Origin: Utricularia gibba
Taxonomy: Eukaryota > Plantae > Magnoliophyta
DNA length: 64,000 nucleotides
Assembly (NCBI GenBank): GCA_002189035.1
Contig: NEEC01000020.1
Coordinates: forward strand, 310,001-374,000
Direction of reading: 5' to 3'
A program made the position numbers and the translations under genes. This document shows, piece by piece, positions 57,272-64,000 of the stretch (its first letter is position 1; every line of letters begins with the position of its first letter). Under the pieces are notes generated by a model that was given only the letters and a program-made list of their open reading frames with translations, ran no database searches and was not told where the DNA came from.

Positions 57272-60200
57272 ATGCTTCCTCAAAAGAGACCAGGGGAAGG
57301 CAAGGAAGGTGATTCGGAAATTGTTAACAAGAAGGACCGATTGACATTCTCTGCCGGTTTCGAGACGTCCCAGGAGACCAAAAGTAGTGGAATAGGTTGC
57401 AGCAACAGCAGTAACGGTAGCAACAACGCAAACATCGTAGGGGAGAATTCATTTGCGGAAGATATGGCGTTTGATGATGGGAATCCCCGTGATATTGATG
57501 AGGATTTGCATAGCCGGCAGCTGGCTGTGTATGGGAGGGAAACTATGAGACGTCTTTTTGCGTCAAATGTTCTTGTGTCTGGAATTAATGGACTGGGAGC
57601 TGAGATTGGTACTTACCCTTTAACACTGTCATCTTTTACACTTGTTACTGGGAGAGTATGGAAAAATGTTGACATTGCATATGGGCTTCCGTATCTTGAT
57701 TTTACAGTGTCTCTGTTTTGGTCATTCCAAGTCTTGGATCTCTGGGGTTTAAGGAAGTATTAATGTGTATATATATCTCTATATGGTCATTGCAACTAAC
57801 TCGTGTTGGGATTTGGATTGATATATCTTATCCTAGCATTTGATATGCTCATTCTGCGGTTATATGTCTAATTTTGCAGCTAAGAACTTGATTCTTGCGG
57901 GTGTAAAGTCTGTGACTCTACATGATGAAGGGAAAGTGGAATTATGGGATTTGTCCAGTAACTTCATTTTCACAGAGCAGGATTTGGGTAGGAACAGGGC
58001 ACTTGCGTCTATTCAGAAACTGCAAGAGCTTAACAATGCAGTGACTGTCTCAACCTTGACTACAAAATTGAGCACAGAACACCTCGCTCATTTCCAGGTC
58101 AAATCAGGGCGTTTCTCATGTACATTTTGGATAAATTATTTGTGACTCATGAAGACTGCTTGGATTATGCAGGCTGTCGTTTTTACTGACCTAGACTTGA
58201 AGACGGCAATAGAATATGATGACTATTGCCATAGTCATCATCCACCTATTGCTTTCTTGAAAACCGAAGTTAGAGGCCTCTTTGGAAGTGTATTTTGTGA
58301 TTTTGGACCTCAGTTTACTGTCTTAGATACTGATGGCGAGGAACCTCATACTGGTATCATCGCATCTATTAGTAATGATAATCCTGCCATTGTCTCATGT
58401 GTGGACGATGAAAGATTGGAATTTCAGGATGGGGACTTGGTTGTGTTTTCTGAAATTCAAGGAATGAGTGAGCTCAATGATGGACAACCTCGTAAGATTA
58501 AAGATGTTCGTGCCTTCTCTTTTTCTCTTGATGAGGATACTTCCAGTTTCAGTTCTTATGAGAAAGGGGGCATTGTGACGCAGTTGAAGCAGCCCAAGAC
58601 TTTGAATTTTAAGCCTTTGAGAGAAGCCATTAATGATCCTGGCGATTTCCTTCTCTCTGATTTCTCTAAGTTTGATCGACCTCCTCTCCTGCATCTGGCA
58701 TTCCAGGCACTTGATAAATTTGTGTCCGAAGTTGGCCATTTTCCCCATCCTGGTAATGAAGATGATGCTCGCACATTGATTTCTATCACCAATACTTTGA
58801 ACCAGAGCTCAGGCGGGAAGCTGGATGATATTAACCCAAAGCTTCTCCGCCACTTCGCCTTTGGTGCAAGAGCTGTGCTTAATCCTATGGCTGCTATGTT
58901 TGGGGGCATTGTTGGGCAAGAAGTTGTGAAGGCGTGCTCTGGGAAATTCCATCCTCTTTTCCAGGTGACATGATTTTGCAGTTATTAAGAGTTCAGGACC
59001 TTTTTTCATTGAACCTTTGATTTTCTGCTAACCTTTTCTTTTTGTTATTCTTTGTCCAGTTCTTCTACTTTGACTCCTTGGAGTCACTGCCTACTGAACC
59101 TTTAGATCCCAATGACTTCAAGCCTTTGAATAGTCGTTATGATGCTCAAATATCAGTGTTTGGGTCAAAGCTTCAAAAGAAACTTGAAGAAGCCAGAGTG
59201 TTCGTAGTTGGTTCTGGTGCATTGGGATGTGAATTTCTGAAGAATCTGGCTTTGATGGGAGTTGCGTGTGGTAAGAATGGGAAATTGACTATCACTGATG
59301 ATGATGTTATTGAAAAGAGCAATCTTAGTAGACAATTTCTGTTTCGTGATTGGAATATTGGGCAGCCAAAGTCCACTGTTGCTGCTGCTGCTGCTTCATC
59401 AATTAATCCGCACTTTTGCGTAGAAGCTTTGCAAAATCGTGTTGGGCCAGAGACTGAAAATGTGTTTGATGATGTATTCTGGGAGAATCTTACAATCGTC
59501 GTAAATGCTCTGGACAATGTCAACGCCAGGCTTTATGTTGATCAGAAATGCCTGTATTTCCAAAAGCCACTTTTAGAGTCTGGCACTTTGGGTGCAAAGT
59601 GTAATACCCAGATGGTTATTCCACATCTGACAGAAAACTATGGTGCTTCCCGTGATCCTCCAGAGAAACAAGCCCCCATGTGTACGGTGCACTCCTTCCC
59701 CCACAATATCCATCACTGCTTGACATGGGCTCGCTCAGAGTTCGAAGGTTTACTTGAGAAGACACCTGCTGAAGTGAATGCTTTCCTTTCAAACCCTGGT
59801 GAATATGCATCTGCAATGAGGTCTGCTGGGGATGCGCAGTCCAGAAACAATCTGGAGCGTGTGATTGAGTGCCTTGTTAATGAGCGCTGTGAATCGTTCA
59901 ACGATTGTGTCCAGTGGGCTCGGGAGAAGTAATCATCATTTTCATCCTCTTGTTCATCTTTCACATGTTTGCTTCCCCTGCTCACATCTTGTTTTTTGTA
60001 ATTTCCAGGTTTGAGGATTATTTTTCCAACAGGGTAAAACAGCTGGTCTTCACCTTTCCAGAAGACGCAATGACTAGCACGGGTGCACCATTCTGGTCAG
60101 CTCCAAAGCGTATGCCTCACCCCTTGGAGTTCTCCACAGATGATCCGAGCCATCTTCATTTCATCAGAGCGGCCGCTATACTGCGAGCTGAGACATTTGG

Positions 60201-61250
60201 GATACAAGTCCCTGAATGGGTGAAGAACTCCGAGAAGCTTGCTGTTGCTGTCGGCAATGTTCTTATACCTGATTTTCAACCAAAAAGTGGTGTGAAAATC
60301 GTAACTGATGAGAAAGCAACAAGTCTAGCCACTGCCTCTGCAGATGATGCTGCTGTCATCAACGAATTGATTTCAAAACTCGAGCAAGCTCTGCTGTTGT
60401 TGCCCCCAAACTACCGGTTGAGACCGATACAATTTGAGAAGGTACGGCCTCCTCATGTAGCACTTAACTTTGATGGATCATGAGTTTTCTTCATTACTAG
60501 TCTCATTTGTCCCCTTACCTGGAGCCTCAGTATCTCTTAGCGTCCATTCATTTACACTTCCAATGTGCTTTTTCTGCTGTTTGATTATGTGCTGTTGTTG
60601 GCCAGATGGTTCTTGGTTCTTGTCCGGTAACTTGCTGCTCTTTGTATTTTCAGGATGATGATACTAATTACCACATGGACCTGATTGCTGGGCTTGCAAA
60701 CATGAGAGCAAGAAATTACAGCATCCCGGAAGTCGACAAGCTGAAAGCCAAATTTATTGCCGGAAGGATCATTCCAGCGATCGCAACATCCACGGCCATG
60801 GCCACCGGACTGGTGTGCCTTGAGCTCTACAAGGCCATTGACGGGTCACACAAAGTGGAGGACTACCGCAACACATTTGCGAACCTGGCTCTCCCCCTGT
60901 TCTCCATAGCCGAGCCTGTGCCGCCAAAGGTCATCAAACACAAGGACATGAGCTGGACGGTGTGGAATCGATGGATCATCCGCAACAACCCCACTCTTAG
61001 AGAACTTCTGAAATGGCTCTCAGACAAAGGGCTGAGTGCTTACAGCATCTCCTTTGGAAGCTGCCTGCTCTACAACAGCATGTTCCCTCGCCACAAGGAG
61101 CGGATGGATAAGAAGATAGTGGAGCTAGTCCGGGATGTCGCCAAGGCTGAGCTTCCACCTTTCCGAAACCACGTCGATGTCGTGGTCGCCTGCGAGGATG
61201 AAGATGACAACGATGTGGATATCCCTCTGGTGTCCGTTTACTTCCGCTGA
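57272..61250 (+). CDS. UBA1: Ubiquitin-activating enzyme E1; 6 coding exons (about 57272-57609, 57880-58097, 58173-58966, 59060-59929, 60009-60441, 60654-61250)
   Basis: [33 protein letters not shown]-binding motif, [10 protein letters not shown], catalytic [21 protein letters not shown], and the UFD end [12 protein letters not shown]. Confidence 0.97.
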
Positions 61251-62449
61251 AGCTTGCTTTACTCTCTTGCATTCCTCCCACACAAGGTGCCCCCTGTCCC
61301 CTTGGACTTTTACAGTGGGGAACTGGTAAGGACCATAGACAATGTCGCCCCGATGATTCTCTTTACTTGATGTTCTGGTGGCCTTGTTCATTCAAAATGA
61401 CTGGTTAATTGTGAGCTAGATGTTCCATTTTCTGTCTCCTGGAAGAAGAAGAGATGCTACCATATGGGACCTCAAAGTGTCCTCAATGCCCACGTCTGTT
61501 CACCTTTTCAGGTCCCCTGGTTTTTCTGACCTGTACCGTTTGTCGAAAATGTCGAAGAAATGACTTTATTGATGCATAGTTGAATGCGCACCCTGTAACA
61601 GCGCAGCGCCATGTCGTCGCAACCGGAATCCGGAAGCAGCAGGTAACCGATCCGGAATGATGGACTCGAGGAACAACAGCCGCCGGGGCAACGCCGCGTT
61701 AGAGAATTCCGATGATGAATTGCAAACCCTAGCGCGCTATGATGACGATCGCGATCCCCTCTCCTAATCATCCTTTTACGATCGATAATCCCTATGACTC
61801 CCGCCGCATGCGATCCCCTCCTGCTCCCCTCTCGATCTCGGGATTCCCCTTCCCTACGCAGCGGCGATTGTCAGCTCTTTCCACCAGTCGTCTTATGCCT
61901 CCCTGAGGTGCCGAATTCGCCTCGTGATTCGCAGTCCTCAGATGCTGAGTAACGAGCATCTGCGTTTCGGATCCGCAGGAGGAGGCAGATTCTTCAAAAT
62001 CGATAGTTCCGAGTAGTGGTAGTCACCTGAGCTACCTGATCACGACGGCAGTTTCTCCGATCTTCTCCATGGAAGCCACAGGGGCTTCCTGGTTCCTGCT
62101 GGCGGGGGAAACGTGGAGGTAGTTCGTGGAGCAGAGGGATGAGCGTTTTAGTAATTTTTTTATTTTAAAAGAAAATTAATTATTCTAAAATTAAATTTTC
62201 GAAATGATTTATTCTTTTTTACCCCTTTACTTTTACGGTGTCTGCTTTTCTCCCCATTTCCCGTTGGAAACTTGAGGGTCACTACTACGAGAGCAAAACC
62301 GCGTTTCCACTCAGTCGTCTCGTCGTCTTCAATTCGCGGACCATCCTCCCCGATCCTCATCTTCTTTAGCTTAGATCGAGTAGTTGAAACCGTTTCATCG
62401 CTTTGCAGATCGGAATTCCGGTGAGGAAGCTTCTGATTATCCGCAAAAA

Positions 62450-64000
62450 ATGGCGGAAAACGGCGAGGAGAAGCTCATAGCTGTTGCTCGCCACATCGCC
62501 AAGACGCTGGGACACAATGAAAACATGACGGATGATATCCTCAAGATTTACTCGAATTTCGACGGCAGACTACGGGAGAAGTTCTGCGATGAGTTAACCG
62601 CTGACAGCGTGGAGCAAACACTCAGATCTCTTGACTATGAGATCTCGCTGTATATTTCCTCCGACCGGCCGATTTGGTCGAATTCCGCAAATTCTGCGTC
62701 GTTTCTCAATTTAGTAGACCAGTTGACTACTGCCGTGGAGGAGTGGAGAAACGTTATTGGGGATAAGAGCGTGTCCGGATTCCTCGGGCGTGCGCAAGAA
62801 TTGCTGAAGCAAGCCATGTCACGGTTGGAAGATGAGATGCGGACACTTGTCGAGCGTGGCGCCGAGTCCTATGTGTCGACTCAGTCGGGCTCAGTTTATC
62901 CTCCGGTGGGCCTTTCCGATGACGAGGAAGACGATGTGTTTGGGGACGAGGAAGAAGATGATTTCATTCCGGTGGCGCAGCCCATAACGGATTATAATAT
63001 CATAATCGAGGCACTCCCCGCAGGGACAATCGGGGAACTCAACGAAATAGCCAAGCGGATGGCGGCTGCTGGGTATCAGAAAGAGTGTTCACACGCTTAC
63101 AGCACTGGAAGATGGGAGTTCCTGGGCGAGAGCTTCTACAGATTGGGCCTGCAGAAGCTCAGCGTCGATCATATACATGGAATGCAATGGGACCAGTTGT
63201 CAAATGAAATCGACAAATGGATAAAAGCCATAAACGTTGCAGTTAGGATTCTTTTTCCAAGCGAGAGGCGCTTGTGTGATCGTGTCTTTAAAGGGTTACC
63301 ATCAGTAGCTGAACATTCTTTCATGGAGGTTTGCAGGGACTTCATCGAACAACTTCTCCACTTTGCTGATGCGGTAGTTACTCGGAGCCGTGATCCAGAT
63401 AAGTTGTTCAAGATGCTTGACGTTTATGAAACTATGAGGGACTTGATACCTGAATTTGAACAAGTCTTCTCAGACAAATACTGCGTATCATTCACCAACC
63501 ATGCGATTAGCACCTGGAAAAAAGTTGGTGAAGCAGTGAAGGACATTTTTATGGAGCTGGAGAATTGCATCAGAAGAGATCCTGCAACCAAGATAATTGA
63601 AGGAGGTGGGCTGCATCCCATCACTCGGTATGTGACGAACTATCTCCGGGCAGCCTGCAAATTCCCACAGACATTGGAACAGATCTTCGATGAGAGTGCA
63701 GACTTCACAAACGGGATCAATCATATCATCTCCTCCCCAGATTCCGTAACCGTCCAACTGACATGGATCATGGAGCTCCTAGTGAGCAATCTGGAGGCAA
63801 AGTCGAAAGTCTACACGGATGCCGCGCTGTGTTCCATCTTCATGATCAACAACGGGAGGTACATCCTGAAAAAAGTGAAGGACGATGGGCTGGGAGCATT
63901 CCTTGGTGAGAAGTGGATCAGGGAACACGCGGCCAAAGTGAAACAATACCATGTCAACTATCAAAGAAGCTCTTGGACCAAAGTCTTGAATGTCCTAAAA
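62450..64000 (+). CDS. EXO70B: Exocyst subunit EXO70, B clade; intronless, runs off the right edge (absent from the ORF track because it has no stop)
   Basis: Open frame from the ATG at 62450: MAENGEEKLIAVARHIAKTLG...DDILKIYSNFDGR, FPSERRLCDRVF, GGGLHPITRYVTNYL, IFMINNGRYI and YQRSSWTKVL. Confidence 0.94.
   Translation, partial: MAENGEEKLIAVARHIAKTLGHNENMTDDILKIYSNFDGRLREKFCDELTADSVEQTLRSLDYEISLYISSDRPIWSNSANSASFLNLVDQLTTAVEEWRNVIGDKSVSGFLGRAQELLKQAMSRLEDEMRTLVERGAESYVSTQSGSVYPPVGLSDDEEDDVFGDEEEDDFIPVAQPITDYNIIIEALPAGTIGELNEIAKRMAAAGYQKECSHAYSTGRWEFLGESFYRLGLQKLSVDHIHGMQWDQLSNEIDKWIKAINVAVRILFPSERRLCDRVFKGLPSVAEHSFMEVCRDFIEQLLHFADAVVTRSRDPDKLFKMLDVYETMRDLIPEFEQVFSDKYCVSFTNHAISTWKKVGEAVKDIFMELENCIRRDPATKIIEGGGLHPITRYVTNYLRAACKFPQTLEQIFDESADFTNGINHIISSPDSVTVQLTWIMELLVSNLEAKSKVYTDAALCSIFMINNGRYILKKVKDDGLGAFLGEKWIREHAAKVKQYHVNYQRSSWTKVLNVLK

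Overview
Gene-dense eudicot nuclear DNA. It has GT-AG spliceosomal introns (mostly 75-200 bp), very AT-rich spacers and about 23 loci in 64 kb (about 1 per 2.8 kb), which suggests a compact genome. Lentibulariaceae is a guess only. Loci in order: S28 serine peptidase (partial, -), GA20-oxidase (-), fructokinase (+), TRM/DUF4378 protein (-), class III peroxidase (-), PLS-E PPR (+), decayed NPQ6/Ycf20-like pseudogene (-), PEPKR1-like kinase (+), mitochondrial ATP synthase 6 kDa subunit (-), tapetum-type LTP (+), SIS/3-hexulose-6-phosphate isomerase-like (-), membrane protein of unknown function (-), ADF (+), ARFRP1 (-), PP1 inhibitor-2 (+), organellar ProRS (+), TPR protein (+), F2KP (+), Agenet-PHD-GNAT protein (-), MEA1-like acidic protein (+), MCAT (-), UBA1 (+), EXO70B (partial, +). 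Spacers hold MITE/hAT-like relics and tandem repeats. Two results stand out. (1) Seven single-base (-1) frameshifts interrupt five otherwise intact genes. Six sit at short G/C runs, and the seventh (GA20ox) has a candidate G run. One falls in an essential ProRS, so long-read consensus errors are the likeliest cause. (2) The NPQ6/Ycf20-like photoprotection gene carries several non-homopolymer lesions and looks like a genuine pseudogene. I found no tRNA, rRNA, CRISPR or recognisable miRNA, and no convincing novel multi-gene system. Family and orthologue names come from my recall of motifs, not from database searches.
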